DNA of 64,000 nt, from IMG/VR virus record IMGVR_UViG_3300029989_000006. One strand, written 5' to 3'. Positions 63,223-64,000 of this stretch are shown here, piece after piece. Source of the DNA: a virus. The stretch's first letter is position 1. The number at the start of each line of letters is the position of its first letter. The notes beneath the pieces are model-generated. The model made no database searches. It saw nothing but the letters and a program-made list of their open reading frames with translations, and was not told where the DNA came from. A program made the position numbers and the translations under genes.

Positions 63223-64000
63223 ATGTATGAATTAGATATTACTCCAAGAATTACTAAAGAACTTTTACTTAGCAGGCATACTCAAGAAGATTATTTTGAA
63301 TATTATCTTGGTGTGCCTGTTAAGAAAGGGTTATTTTGTAGTCCTTCTATAATTAGGAATGATACAAATCCAACTTGTTCATTTTATAAAAATTCTAAAG
63401 GAGATTTATTGTTTAAAGATTTTGCTGGTCCATCATTTAATTTTATTGGATGTGTAATGTATATATTTAGTTGTAATTACTATAATGCATTGCAGGTAAT
63501 AGCAAATGATTTTGGATTTAAATCTATAAGTAAATTAAAAATTAATCCACCAAGAATTCCTTTTACTGGTATAGTTTTAAAAGAGACTAATAAAGCTAGA
63601 ATTCAGGTTGAATCAAAGGAATTTAGTCCTAAGGAATTAGAATGGTGGGAGAACTTTGGAATATCTAAAACAACTTTAAAGAAATATAATGTATTTTCTA
63701 TTAAATCAGTTTTCTTAAATGGAAATTATTTTAACAGTTCCTCTGAAAAATCTCCATTTTTTGGATATTATGGAGGAGAGAATTCTGATGGAGATGAACT
63801 ATGGAGAATTTATATGCCAATGAAAAGAAATTATAGATTTCTTAGTAATTGGGATAGTATAATGATCCAAGGGGCAAAACAATTATCAAAGTCAGGAGAA
63901 TATATTATATTAACTAAAGCTCTTAAGGATGTTATGGTTTTACATGAATCAGGTATTCCAGCAATAGCCCCTAATAGTGAAAACACTTTTATAACTGATA
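63223..64000 (+). CDS. DNA primase (partial, runs off window)
   Basis: CSP..RNDTNPTCSF...FKDF N-terminal region; TOPRIM-like IILTKALKDVMVL..GIPAIAPNSE. Confidence 0.8.
   Translation, partial: MYELDITPRITKELLLSRHTQEDYFEYYLGVPVKKGLFCSPSIIRNDTNPTCSFYKNSKGDLLFKDFAGPSFNFIGCVMYIFSCNYYNALQVIANDFGFKSISKLKINPPRIPFTGIVLKETNKARIQVESKEFSPKELEWWENFGISKTTLKKYNVFSIKSVFLNGNYFNSSSEKSPFFGYYGGENSDGDELWRIYMPMKRNYRFLSNWDSIMIQGAKQLSKSGEYIILTKALKDVMVLHESGIPAIAPNSENTFITD

Overview
AT-rich, essentially all-plus-strand 64 kb segment of a large Bacteroidota-type bacteriophage. The right arm (PolA, SF2 helicase, DnaB-like helicase, AAA_24 ATPase, SSB-like protein, primase) resembles the crAss-like (Crassvirales) replication module; this is inferred from gene order and motifs, not from a database search. 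The left 43 kb is an accessory/RNA region: about 30 tRNA or tRNA-like genes, a circularly permuted two-piece tmRNA, a complete ABC transporter operon, vWA, PurA-like, NUDIX and 3D-domain genes, and many small hypotheticals. There are three group I introns, in tRNA-Leu(UAA), the SF2 helicase and the AAA ATPase. Main discoveries: (1) a DUF2828/TROVE(Ro60)-like vWA gene flanked by eight ncRNA modules that share a covarying helix plus ACAAU, grafted onto tRNA scaffolds in two circularly permuted topologies (candidate Ro/Y-RNA-like system); (2) five mobile endonuclease genes carry 12 in-frame TGA codons, mostly at Trp-expected positions, while ordinary genes use TGG for Trp and TGA as stop; (3) two free-standing endonucleases sit between an orphan tRNA 5' half and a rebuilt divergent tRNA of apparently the same isotype; (4) a permuted tmRNA; (5) a YrlA-topology permuted tRNA-like RNA plus a range of cargo-carrying, arm-less and extra-arm tRNAs. 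All RNA calls were folded by eye.
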